From a virus, in IMG/VR virus record IMGVR_UViG_3300037840_000333, positions 1 through 64,000 of that record: a stretch of DNA of 64,000 bases. One strand, written 5' to 3'. Shown here piece by piece: positions 8,989-17,371 of the stretch (the stretch's first letter is position 1; each line of letters starts with the position of its first letter). The translations under genes were made by a program, and so were the position numbers. The notes below the pieces were generated by a model, which was given only the letters and a program-made list of their open reading frames with translations, ran no database searches and had not been told where the DNA came from.

Positions 8989-9413
8989 CGTCCGGCCTCG
9001 CGGGTCGAAGCGAAGTAGCGGGACCAGCCCTCGATGGGCTCGACGCCGTAGCCGGCGGAGCAGTTCCAGCCGAGGCGCACGCTGTAGAACGTGGTGTAGC
9101 CCTGGCTGAGTCCCATGCCCCGCTCGTGGGTCATGATGACGAAATCGCCCTTGACGGCCTGGGTGCCGCCCTTGCTCTTGCAGTCCATCGTGATCCGGCC
9201 GAGGGTCCAACCGTCCCACTTGCCGTCGTACTGCGGGTACTCGATGTGCTCCTCGACGGCGATGCGCCGGGCGAGGTCGGCCGCCTCCTGGGCGCCGAAC
9301 TGCACGTAGGTCGCGTTCACGGCCTCCTGGTACTGAGCGAAGCGGTCCAGCTTCACCTGCAGCGGGTGATCCGCCGGGAAGCTGGTGAGGGTGTTGGGGT
9401 GGCTGGTGGGCAT
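8985..9413 (-). CDS. Hypothetical protein
   Basis: 142 aa; GAAAGG RBS; downstream of a conserved promoter. Confidence 0.75.
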   Translation of the reverse strand: MPTSHPNTLTSFPADHPLQVKLDRFAQYQEAVNATYVQFGAQEAADLARRIAVEEHIEYPQYDGKWDGWTLGRITMDCKSKGGTQAVKGDFVIMTHERGMGLSQGYTTFYSVRLGWNCSAGYGVEPIEGWSRYFASTREAGR

Positions 9414-9449
9414 GATGAGTGCCTTTCCGGTCGGTGGTTGGTGAATCCA

Positions 9450-9486
9450 ACCCTACCGCGGATGCGCGCCGATTGCTAGCGTTTGG
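9450..9486 (-). promoter_or_regulatory. Conserved promoter, copy 1
   Basis: CCAAACGCTAGCAATCGGCG, then TAGGGT 18 nt after CTAGCA. Confidence 0.75.
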
Positions 9487-9667
9487 TCGAAGTTTCTCGA
9501 CGGCGGTCGCCGCGCCGGCGGTCGGGCCAGCCGCAGGCCGTCTTGAACCTGTCCCGCAGCGTCATCAGCTCCTCGTACCCGTGCGGCTTCCGCACCGCCT
9601 CCTCGTAGAGCAGGTCGGCCACGATCTGCGCCTCGCGCTGGCTGAGGGTCACGGGTAGCCGTCTCAC
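9476..9667 (-). CDS. Small hypothetical protein (paralogous to the C-half of 9664-10053)
   Basis: LSQREAQIVADLL..LMTLRDRFKTACGW; GTGA overlap. Confidence 0.6.
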   Translation of the reverse strand: MRRLPVTLSQREAQIVADLLYEEAVRKPHGYEELMTLRDRFKTACGWPDRRRGDRRRETSTKR

Positions 9668-10053
9668 GTCGCCTCCACTGCGTAGCCGCATGCCTCGCGG
9701 AAGCGTTCTCGGGTGGTCATCAGCCGGTCGTACTTGGCCTCGTGGCCGGCCAGGGCCGCGGCCGAAGCGGACGTAAACAGCGCCGCGGCTATGTCCTGGG
9801 CCTCGGCCGTGCTCAGGTGGTTCATCGCTCGGGCCTGGTGCGGGCTCGGCTCCTCGACGTACTCCCACTGTCCGCAGGTGTTGCCGTTTTCGTCCATGCA
9901 GGTGCCGCTCGTGTTGCCGCTCTTGATCCTGGCCGCAACGTCCTTCAGCAGGCGGGCGACCTCCTCGTCTCGGCGCCAGGCGCCGTCCTCGGCGGTGGCC
10001 TCGGGCACCGCGGCGAACGCGTCGCCCTTGGTCTCAATCGTCAGCTTGAACAT
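9664..10053 (-). CDS. Hypothetical protein (apparent two-module fusion)
   Basis: GGAGG RBS; MFKLTIETKGDAF..DENGNTCGQW module plus a second helical module. Confidence 0.7.
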   Translation of the reverse strand: MFKLTIETKGDAFAAVPEATAEDGAWRRDEEVARLLKDVAARIKSGNTSGTCMDENGNTCGQWEYVEEPSPHQARAMNHLSTAEAQDIAAALFTSASAAALAGHEAKYDRLMTTRERFREACGYAVEAT

Positions 10054-10177
10054 CGGCCTCCTCCTCCTCGGTCTCGTCGCCACAGCGACACGATCCGTCC
10101 TCCCGGTAGTGGCTGGCGCTGAGCGAGCCCTTCGGGCAGCGGTCCACGTCGCTCTTGCGGATCACGAACCCTCGCAT
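10034..10177 (-). CDS. Small Cys/His protein (not in ORF track)
   Basis: MRGFVIRKSDVDRCPKGSLSASHYREDGSCRC; TGATG coupling. Confidence 0.55.
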   Translation of the reverse strand: MRGFVIRKSDVDRCPKGSLSASHYREDGSCRCGDETEEEEADVQADD

Positions 10178-10371
10178 CAGCCCAGCCCTCCTCGCTGCAC
10201 GACGTCGGCCAGCTCGTCGGTCGCGGCCGCCTGGGCCAGCGTGGCGAACACCTGCGCCTTAGCGAGGTGGTACTGGTCGCCGCCTTCCCAATCGCTGGCG
10301 ACGGCCAGGCCGATCTCCTCCTTCGCCAGCCCGGCGTACTCCTCGGCTGGTCGCATCCGGGTCCGGGCCAT
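10177..10371 (-). CDS. Hypothetical protein
   Basis: LAKAQVFATLAQAAA; TGATG coupling. Confidence 0.65.
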   Translation of the reverse strand: MARTRMRPAEEYAGLAKEEIGLAVASDWEGGDQYHLAKAQVFATLAQAAATDELADVVQRGGLG

Positions 10372-10619
10372 CACTCCTCCCCTGGCCGGCTGAGGACGCG
10401 GTAGGTGTCGAAGCCGGGGATCAGCATGAGGTTCCGGCCGCTGTCCCACTCGACCATGATCTGGATGCCGTTGCCGCCGGTCACCGTGCCCTCGCTGCCG
10501 GGGGGCAGCGGGGCGGGGTCGTCCGACATATGCAGCAGGCTGATCCTCGTGCCGGTGGGCTCGGGGCACGGGGCGCTGAGCCTGTCCCACCACGCGTCGC
10601 TCGGGCCTTGGCGTGCCAT
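10371..10619 (-). CDS. DUF4314-like protein
   Basis: GTRISLLHMSDDPAPLPPGSEGTV..QIMVEWDSGRNLMLIPGFD. Confidence 0.8.
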   Translation of the reverse strand: MARQGPSDAWWDRLSAPCPEPTGTRISLLHMSDDPAPLPPGSEGTVTGGNGIQIMVEWDSGRNLMLIPGFDTYRVLSRPGEE

Positions 10620-11050
10620 CAGTCCTCCCCTGGGAGCAGGATCGTGATGACGGGCTCGGCGTCGTCGCCGGGGCCGCACTGCGCGTAGAAGTTGGCGCGC
10701 TGCGCTCGGGCGTCGGGGTGCTTTGTCGGCACCCGGAGGACGTGCGTGTCGAGCCGGCTCTCGCCGCCTGGGCCCCTGGCCTTGATCTGCCAGTGGAGGA
10801 CGTTGAGCACATCCCACAGCCGGCCGGTCTCGTCCTGGTGGGCGCCGTGCTGCTCCTCGTCCCACTCCACCAGGTCGGTCCACGCTCCTCGGGTCATGGC
10901 GACCGGGATCTTGAAGCCGGCCTCGCGGGCCAGCTGGCTCACGTCGATCAGCATGCCGTCCTCGATGGCGTCGGCGCGGGTGTAGACGCTGAGGGGTTCG
11001 CCGAAGATCTCAAAGATGTTCAGCTCCTCGCGGATCGGGTCGTCCGCCAT
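10619..11050 (-). CDS. DUF6573-like protein (common in mobile elements)
   Basis: YTRADAIEDGMLIDV..AGFKIPVAMT..QDETGRLWDVL..GPGDDAEPVITILLPGED. Confidence 0.8.
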   Translation of the reverse strand: MADDPIREELNIFEIFGEPLSVYTRADAIEDGMLIDVSQLAREAGFKIPVAMTRGAWTDLVEWDEEQHGAHQDETGRLWDVLNVLHWQIKARGPGGESRLDTHVLRVPTKHPDARAQRANFYAQCGPGDDAEPVITILLPGED

Positions 11051-11271
11051 CAGTCCGTCAGCTCCTTCATCATGGCGTCGGTGTCGGCCTTGACGGCGTG
11101 GCTCAGCTTCTCGTGGGCCTCTTTCAGTGGGGCCATCGCCATCGCCTTCGTGCTCGGGCGCCAGGCGCTGGCCTTGCTGCGGAGGATTCGATTGTGCTCG
11201 GCCGCCACGGCTTCCTTCGCCGCTCGGGCCTCGCTCGGGGTGAAGGTCACAGTGACCTCTCGTGCTGTCAT
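11050..11271 (-). CDS. Hypothetical protein
   Basis: AGGAGG RBS; 73 aa. Confidence 0.7.
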   Translation of the reverse strand: MTAREVTVTFTPSEARAAKEAVAAEHNRILRSKASAWRPSTKAMAMAPLKEAHEKLSHAVKADTDAMMKELTD

Positions 11272-11332
11272 GGGATGCCTCCTGCTCGGTGGGTGGGGAC
11301 TGCTCTCGGGTGTTGCGTCTCGGATCGGGTGA

Positions 11333-11406
11333 TCCGGTGGGGGGTGCGAGGGGCCAGGCGGGCGGTCGGACCCGTGGAACCTCAGCAGCTCGCACTCCCC
11401 ACCGGA
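11333..11406. repeat. Intergenic 18-bp inverted repeat
   Basis: tccggtggggggtgcgag (11333-11350) pairs with ctcgcactccccaccgga (11389-11406), one G-T position. Confidence 0.75.
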
Positions 11407-11422
11407 CCTCTCGGTCCGGCTG

Positions 11423-12691
11423 TTAGCTCGCCTTGGCCGCCTCCTCCTGGGCCTTGCGGTTGCGGGCGACGGGCGCCTTGCTGCGGCTGGCGCGCTTGGC
11501 TCGGGTCGTGTTGCCCTTCGGCTGAGGGGTCACGTCGGGCTGGGTCTCCTCGACCGGCAGCGCCTTGATGGCCTTCAGGGTCATCCCGGCGATGTCGGCG
11601 GCGTTCGCCTTGGTCAGGGTGACCTTGCGGTCGCCCTCGTAGCGGCCGGCCTTCCGCAGCTTCTCGCTGGCGGCCTTCAGCGTGTCGAGGGCTGGCGCCT
11701 TCGCCTTCGCTGGGGCCTTGTGAGCGGGGGTGGCCTTGCGGGCCTTGGCGGGCACCTGAGCGCCCGGAGCGGTGAAGCTGGCCCCGATCACCTTGCCGTT
11801 GTCGAGCGTGTGCTCCCACTCGGTGTGCTCGGGGTCGGTGACGCCGGCCTTAGCGAGCAGGTCCCGCAGGATCTTGGTCGCTCCGCCTCCGCCGATGACC
11901 TCGCCAGCCAAGTAGCTGAGCGTGTACGGGCGGGGGCTGGTCCGCACGACGCGGGCCTTGCCGTTGACGCTGTATGTCACTGTCTTGGGGGCCTCGGCCG
12001 GTGCCGGGGCCTCCGTGGTGCTTTCTGTCATGGTGACCTCCCGGTCATTGGTTGGCCCCGTGGCGGTTGCCTCGGGGGTGCTGCTGCTCTCGGCCTTGTC
12101 GGCCTCGATCTTCGACTCGGGGCGGAGTACCACCCGACCGGCCGTGCCGCTCTTGTGGAACACCCGCCCGGAATCCACGCTGGCGGTGGTGACGTAGGCG
12201 ACGTAGACGACCTTCGGGGTCACCTTCTCCACCCGGCCGACCCGGTACTGGCCCATGGCGTAGATGGCCGCCACCTGGCCCTGGTGGGCGGTCGCTGGCG
12301 TGGCCTCGGCCCAGGTGCCCGGCTTCTGACCGCTGCCGTGCTCGCCCTCGCTGAGGTTGCGGGCCAGCGGCCGCAAGGTCGGCAGCAACTCGGCGTCAAC
12401 CTCGTCCTGGTCCACGGCCTTGCGGGCCTTGGCGACCAGCTTGGCGATGGTCGCCTCACTGACCTCCGAGAACTCGCCACGGTTCGACCAGCCCTGGTAG
12501 GTCCGGCCGTCGAGGCGGATCTCGTACCAGTTGCGCTCGGGCTCGGCGGCGTGCTCGCCGCTGACGGTGTGGCCGTCCTTGTAGGTGTACTCGTAGGGCT
12601 CCGCGGCCTTGGCCGCCGTCGTGCCCTTCACGGTCTCGATCTTGTGGCCGTGGTACTCGGTCTCTGCCAGGGTGGTGTATTCGGTTGTCAC
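11423..12691 (-). CDS. Multidomain hypothetical protein with Lys/Ala-rich basic tail
   Basis: GGAGG RBS; 422 aa; PAKAKAPA-type C-terminus. Confidence 0.8.
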   Translation of the reverse strand: MTTEYTTLAETEYHGHKIETVKGTTAAKAAEPYEYTYKDGHTVSGEHAAEPERNWYEIRLDGRTYQGWSNRGEFSEVSEATIAKLVAKARKAVDQDEVDAELLPTLRPLARNLSEGEHGSGQKPGTWAEATPATAHQGQVAAIYAMGQYRVGRVEKVTPKVVYVAYVTTASVDSGRVFHKSGTAGRVVLRPESKIEADKAESSSTPEATATGPTNDREVTMTESTTEAPAPAEAPKTVTYSVNGKARVVRTSPRPYTLSYLAGEVIGGGGATKILRDLLAKAGVTDPEHTEWEHTLDNGKVIGASFTAPGAQVPAKARKATPAHKAPAKAKAPALDTLKAASEKLRKAGRYEGDRKVTLTKANAADIAGMTLKAIKALPVEETQPDVTPQPKGNTTRAKRASRSKAPVARNRKAQEEAAKAS

Positions 12692-12724
12692 GGTGATGCC
12701 TCCGTGTGATTGTGGTTGGTTGGG

Positions 12725-13200
12725 TTAGGCGGTTACTTCAAGAATCGTGTAGCGGAAGCCGGCGTGCTCGGGCCGCCATGCTCCGGGGGTCTCGCCGTTG
12801 ACGATGGCCCAGGCGTGGCCCTTGCTGGTGCGGTGGGCGGTGACGTAAAAGCACCGGCCGTTCCGGCTGGCCGCGGTGGCGGTGGCGGTGGCGAGGTCGA
12901 TGTTCTGTTCGTCGGCTTCATCGTGAACCCGGCGCGGGCGAGGGCGGTGGCGACCGTCTGCCAGCGTGCCCCTTGGCCTGGCTTGAATCCGACCGCTGCC
13001 ATCATCTCGACGGCTTCGGGGTAGGTGGCGCCGGTGAGGTTCACTACCGCCTTGACGGTGCAATCGTTCTGCCATGCCGCGGTGCCGTCGGCCTGGCGGC
13101 GCATCCCGGCCTGCTCCCGGCATGTCCCGCAGAACGCCAGCTCGTGCTTGTCGCACAGGGCTCCGGTGCTCCATTCTGCGGTGATCGTGGTCGGGGTCAT
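12725..13200 (-). pseudogene. Frameshifted papain-like (Cys-His) peptidase-type gene
   Basis: NDCTVKA in one frame and GHAWAIVNG in another; removing one copy of the TGTTC duplication at 12901-12910 joins them. Confidence 0.7.
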
Positions 13201-13206
13201 AGTGCC

Positions 13207-13243
13207 ATTCTAGTCCGGATCACCGCCGATTGCTAGCGGTTTG
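13207..13243 (-). promoter_or_regulatory. Conserved promoter, copy 2 (leaderless)
   Basis: CGCTAGCAATCGGCG, 18-nt spacer, TAGAAT, ATG 6 nt downstream. Confidence 0.8.
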
Positions 13244-13255
13244 TCATACAAACTC

Positions 13256-13798
13256 TCAGGTCAGCGCCCAATCGAAGTACCCGAGGGCCCGAATCTCCCT
13301 TGCGAGCTGAGCCGTCGGGGCGGTGGCGTCGAGGGTCACGGCGTGGTCGTGCCAATCGTGCGCCAGCTTCAGGAACTTGGTCCGCCGGCCCTTCACCCAC
13401 CCGGGGTTCTGCTGGCTCCCTCGGCGCGCTCGCCGGTCCGCCGCCACGTCGCTCGGGGCGTTGAGGACGACCAGCCGCCACTCGTCGCACCACTCGGTCA
13501 TGGCCTGGAAGAACCTGCCGTTCGCCAGCCGGTCGCCCTCGCCGAACACGAACGGCGTCGGGGCCTGGCTCAGCCAGTCGATAGCCCGGGGCAGCACGCT
13601 CATGCTCAGCCGGTCGGTGCCGGGGTAGTGCGGGTCACTGCCGCCGATCTGTGCCGCCTGGGGCCGCCCGTCGTCGCTGAGGTAGACCGCATGGGCGAAC
13701 GGGGTGTAGCGCCACTCGGGGTCGGTGCCGGCGGTGAGAGCGGCCACGAGGGCGCTCTTGCCCACGCCGGGCTCGCCGATGAAGTAGAGCCCGTTCAC
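13256..13798 (-). CDS. P-loop nucleotide kinase, putative 5-hmU-DNA kinase
   Basis: Walker A GEPGVGKS, GTDRLSM, FGEGDRL, RRARRGSQQNPGW; next to the AADT and PLP genes. Confidence 0.8.
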   Translation of the reverse strand: MNGLYFIGEPGVGKSALVAALTAGTDPEWRYTPFAHAVYLSDDGRPQAAQIGGSDPHYPGTDRLSMSVLPRAIDWLSQAPTPFVFGEGDRLANGRFFQAMTEWCDEWRLVVLNAPSDVAADRRARRGSQQNPGWVKGRRTKFLKLAHDWHDHAVTLDATAPTAQLAREIRALGYFDWALT

Positions 13799-14739
13799 AG
13801 TTCCGCCATCGCCGCGGCCGTCGGCTCGCTGCCCACGATCCAGAACAGGGCGGTGCCGTCGGGCTCCCACCACCAGTCGAACGTGTCCCGGCGGAGCTGC
13901 ATGTACGTCAGCGCCTTCCCTTCGTAGGTCGGGTGGAACGTGATGCCGTCGAGGGTGAACGGCATCCGGTCCTGGTAGGTGGCGAACTTGGTCGTGTGAA
14001 GGTCATGCCGCTCGATCCGGGGCAGGTCCAGCGTCTCGCCGGTGGCCTTCTCGATCGCACCCAGCCGGTCGGCCGTCCACTGCTCCCGGTTGGGTCCGAC
14101 GCCGATCAGGACCACCCGCTCCAACGCCGGGGGCCGGTGCCGGTGGATCCCGTACAGCACGCTGACGCAACTGTTGCAACTGCCGGCCGTCATCACGAGC
14201 GTCCGCACCGTGGTGCCGGGGACGTTCGCCACCTGGGCCGCGCCGACCGCATGGAACGCCTCGACCTCCTCGGGGCTGGCGGTGTCGGGCGTCGTGATGC
14301 CGTAGTGGAGTCGGTACCAGCCGGCGAACTCGGGGCGCTTCGCCAGCTCGGCCACCGCTCGCTGCAACGCCGGGTTGTAGGCGACCGGGTTGAAGATGAA
14401 CTCGGCGCCGGCCCGGTGGGCGATGGCGACGTTCTCGTGCTTCAGGGCGCTGGCGCCTCGGGTGGCGCCGAGGACGACGACGCACTCCATCCGGTGCTCC
14501 CGGGCCACGAGGGCCGCCATGCTGACCTGGGGGCTGCGCACGCTCGCCCCGGTGAGTATCCCTGGGGCGTCGCCGGCGTAGGTGGTCACCAGGTGCACGA
14601 GCTGGCGCAGCTTGCTCCCGTTGATGCCTCCGTAGCCGAGCGGGGCGGCGTAGTCGTCCCGCTTGTACCAGCGGCCTCCTCGGGACTCGACCGGCGTGAG
14701 GTCGGTGCCTAGCTTCGACCAGGAGATCATTTTCACCAC
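13795..14739 (-). CDS. PLP-dependent fold-type II enzyme (ACC deaminase/D-Cys desulfhydrase-like), putative DNA-linked amino-acid decarboxylase
   Basis: YKRDD..GGINGSKLRQ (PLP Lys), TAGSCNS, HPTYEGKA, LFWIVG. Confidence 0.85.
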   Translation of the reverse strand: MVKMISWSKLGTDLTPVESRGGRWYKRDDYAAPLGYGGINGSKLRQLVHLVTTYAGDAPGILTGASVRSPQVSMAALVAREHRMECVVVLGATRGASALKHENVAIAHRAGAEFIFNPVAYNPALQRAVAELAKRPEFAGWYRLHYGITTPDTASPEEVEAFHAVGAAQVANVPGTTVRTLVMTAGSCNSCVSVLYGIHRHRPPALERVVLIGVGPNREQWTADRLGAIEKATGETLDLPRIERHDLHTTKFATYQDRMPFTLDGITFHPTYEGKALTYMQLRRDTFDWWWEPDGTALFWIVGSEPTAAAMAEL

Positions 14740-14832
14740 GGCGTACCATCTTCACAGCCCGATTCGCGGCCGTCGGCGGGGCTCGGGCCGGCGTTCTCCA
14801 AGACCACCAGGCTCACCACCGGCCACCAACCT

Positions 14833-15888
14833 TCACAGTCGGCGCGCCGCCGGCGCCTCGCCGGTGTCGATGGCCAGGTTGAACGGGTTGCTGTAGAGCC
14901 TCGGCCACGCCCGGTGCATCATCACCGGGCAGCCGTGCTCCCGGTAGTAGTTCTGCTTCGCCGGCACGCAGCCCGGGTCGTGGGGCACGTCCTCTAGGCG
15001 CAGGTACGGGGGCAGGCACGCCCGCCTGGCCTCCCACAACACATCGAAATCCTCGAGCCGGTGGCGCCGCTCGGCCTTCCGCAGCCGGTCGAACAGCAGG
15101 TCGTTGTAGACGTTCGGGTAGCGCCGGTTCGGCCGGTGCCAGCTCTTGTAGGTGCAGAGGGCGCTCTCCATCGTGAAGTAACCCACGTCCGGGTGGTCGA
15201 TCTTCTCCCGGGCCTCGGCGAGCAGCTTCTCGCCCTCCTCGGTCAGCATGTCGATGGTGTCGTCGTCGTAGCCGGCGAACCCTGGGTTGCTCGGGTGCCA
15301 GTCGAGGTCGTCGCGGCCGAGGACGATGGCGAGCCCGTTGCGGTGGCTGCGGCTGCCCGGTATGTCGTCCATGAACAGCGTGTCGCACTCGACCGGCACG
15401 CCCATGATGGCCAGGTACTCGCTGAAGCTGAACGCGCTGAGCCGGCCGAACGTCGGGATGGCCGTCGCCACGTCCCACACGCCGGAGAATCCGCCCTCGG
15501 CCGCGCCGTGCCACAGGGCTCGCTGGCTCCCAGCTCCACGGACGAGCTCGGCGTAGCCGGCGACCGCCTGGGGCAGCGCCTTGCGATGGTGCCGGCGGTC
15601 GGTGTCGAACTCCAACTCGGGCCGGTGGGCGTCGAACCACTGGCACAGCTCGGCCGCCTGGGCGATGGTCGGGAATCGCCGGTGGAGGATCAGGCTGGTC
15701 GCCGGGTGCTGGGTGTTGCCGTTGAGGAAGGCGAACCACAGCGCCTGCTCCTCGTCCCATCCCAGCCGGTCCCGCAGGTAGGGCATCAGGTAGTACACGG
15801 CGCCCGGGTGGCTCCGGTGGGTCAGGTGGAACTCGTAGAAGTGGAGGAACGTCTGCCGGCGGTGCTCGGGCTGCCGGTAGTCGGTCAC
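14833..15888 (-). CDS. aGPT-Pplase2-like amino acid:DNA transferase
   Basis: WFAFLNGNTQH, FDTDRRH, FGRLSAFSFSEYL, GSRSHRNGL, FTMESALCTYKSWHRPNRRYPNVYND. Confidence 0.85.
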   Translation of the reverse strand: MTDYRQPEHRRQTFLHFYEFHLTHRSHPGAVYYLMPYLRDRLGWDEEQALWFAFLNGNTQHPATSLILHRRFPTIAQAAELCQWFDAHRPELEFDTDRRHHRKALPQAVAGYAELVRGAGSQRALWHGAAEGGFSGVWDVATAIPTFGRLSAFSFSEYLAIMGVPVECDTLFMDDIPGSRSHRNGLAIVLGRDDLDWHPSNPGFAGYDDDTIDMLTEEGEKLLAEAREKIDHPDVGYFTMESALCTYKSWHRPNRRYPNVYNDLLFDRLRKAERRHRLEDFDVLWEARRACLPPYLRLEDVPHDPGCVPAKQNYYREHGCPVMMHRAWPRLYSNPFNLAIDTGEAPAARRL

Positions 15889-16718
15889 GCCATCAGCCCG
15901 CTCTCACGCTGGCGCTCGATCAGGGTGTCCTCCCGCTCGCTCCGGGTCACCCGGGCCTGCTGCATCTCGGTCTCCACGTCGAGGCACTGCGCCATCCTGG
16001 CCACGGTGTAGTAGACGCCGGTGTAGCGGTAGCCGTCGGGGTCCTTCCGGCGGATCGGCGTCACGCCGTGCAGGGTCTCGTAGGCGGGCATGAACAGAAG
16101 GTCGCCGTCCCGGCAGGCGAGCACCTGGCGGTACTGCGGTATGTGCAGGTGGCCGCCTCGGGTGCCGCGCCGCATCGTGAACATGGCGTTCCACGTGGGC
16201 AAGTTGTTTTGGTCGTAGTGGTAGGGCAGGGGGCTGGTCTCGTTCAGCACGCCGCTGGTCCACTGCGTGCCCCGCATGCGCCACTCGGGCCGGATGATGT
16301 GGGCCCGTTCCTGGTCGATGCGCGCCCGGTCGGGGTGGTGCTCCTCGAATGCCCGGCTGAACTCCCAGGCCATGTCGGTGAGGATGCCGTGGGCTCCGGG
16401 CGCCTCGATGCTCCCGCTGCACTCCCGGCAGCCCTCCCGGCGCAGCACGGCGTTCCGGCTGGCGTAGCCGAACACGTTGGACTTGTTGCGCACGCCGCTG
16501 CTCCGCAAGGTGGTGCTCATCGGGTAGGCGATGCACGCGCCACGGAGCCGTGTCTGCAGGCGCTCGGGTATGTGGAGCACGATGGCGAGCGGCCGGCCGG
16601 TCTCGCTGTCGATCAGCTTCGCCTCGCCCTCGGTGGTCGGCTCCATCTCAGGCACCGTCTCGCGCAGCAGGTGGTGAACCTTGGCCTTCGCCACCTGATC
16701 GCACTCGATCACCTTCAT
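15885..16718 (-). CDS. TET/JBP-family 2OG-Fe(II) dioxygenase, putative thymine hydroxylase
   Basis: WTSGVLN..PYHYD (HxD), GGHLHIP, LHGVTP (distal His), RYTGVYY (2OG-binding Arg). Confidence 0.85.
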   Translation of the reverse strand: MKVIECDQVAKAKVHHLLRETVPEMEPTTEGEAKLIDSETGRPLAIVLHIPERLQTRLRGACIAYPMSTTLRSSGVRNKSNVFGYASRNAVLRREGCRECSGSIEAPGAHGILTDMAWEFSRAFEEHHPDRARIDQERAHIIRPEWRMRGTQWTSGVLNETSPLPYHYDQNNLPTWNAMFTMRRGTRGGHLHIPQYRQVLACRDGDLLFMPAYETLHGVTPIRRKDPDGYRYTGVYYTVARMAQCLDVETEMQQARVTRSEREDTLIERQRESGLMA

Positions 16719-17371
16719 GCCGCCGGATGCTCCTCGTCGTACTCCCGCAGCATTGCCACAAACAGCTCGGCGTTGCTCGGGGCCTCGTAGTGCCGGCGGG
16801 CTCGGTGGGCCATCGCCGCCACGTAGCCGTACTGGTCGAGCGGGTAGTCGAGGACGAGGCTGCGGACCTGGGTGTTGCGAGCGTTGCCGGCCGCCGGGGC
16901 CGCCGGGGCGCTCTCCTGCAGCTTGGCGTAGAGGTCGTCCACGTCGTCGGGCAGGTAGCCCACGCCGTCGAGCCCTGGGCCGCGCTGCAGCTCCCGTAGC
17001 CCTTCCAACAGGGCCGGCCCATCCCAGCCGGCTATCTCGGTGAGCCGATTGTCCGCCACCAGGTAGGCGTCGGCCTCGGCGTCGTCGGTGCTGGCCCACC
17101 CTCGCACCACGGGCACCTTCCACACGCCGTCCCGGTCGGTCTCGATGCCCTCGGCCGGCGTGGCGCCCGCCTTCATGTCCACCTGCAAGAGCTGGGTCCG
17201 GCCGTGTCCGGCGACCAGCCGGCCGGTCCGCTCGTCGAGGATGGCCGGGACGGTGAAGCCGAAGCGGTCGAAGCTGGCCCGCAGCATGTCGAGGTCGTGC
17301 CTCCTCGGGTTGCGGAGGGCGGGCACGAGCGTGTCGATCCGCATCATTTCCAGCCGGCGCTCCTCGCTCAT
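16715..17371 (-). CDS. ParB-like (ParB/Srx fold) protein 1
   Basis: NPRRH..SFDRFGF..LVAGHGR..AYLVADNRLTE..GWD; C-terminal RHH-like domain. Confidence 0.9.
   Translation of the reverse strand: MSEERRLEMMRIDTLVPALRNPRRHDLDMLRASFDRFGFTVPAILDERTGRLVAGHGRTQLLQVDMKAGATPAEGIETDRDGVWKVPVVRGWASTDDAEADAYLVADNRLTEIAGWDGPALLEGLRELQRGPGLDGVGYLPDDVDDLYAKLQESAPAAPAAGNARNTQVRSLVLDYPLDQYGYVAAMAHRARRHYEAPSNAELFVAMLREYDEEHPAA

Noticed and set aside
13795-14739. PLP enzyme as an auxiliary metabolic ACC deaminase or cysteine desulfhydrase
   Set aside because: Its position between the amino-acid:DNA transferase and the kinase favours DNA modification
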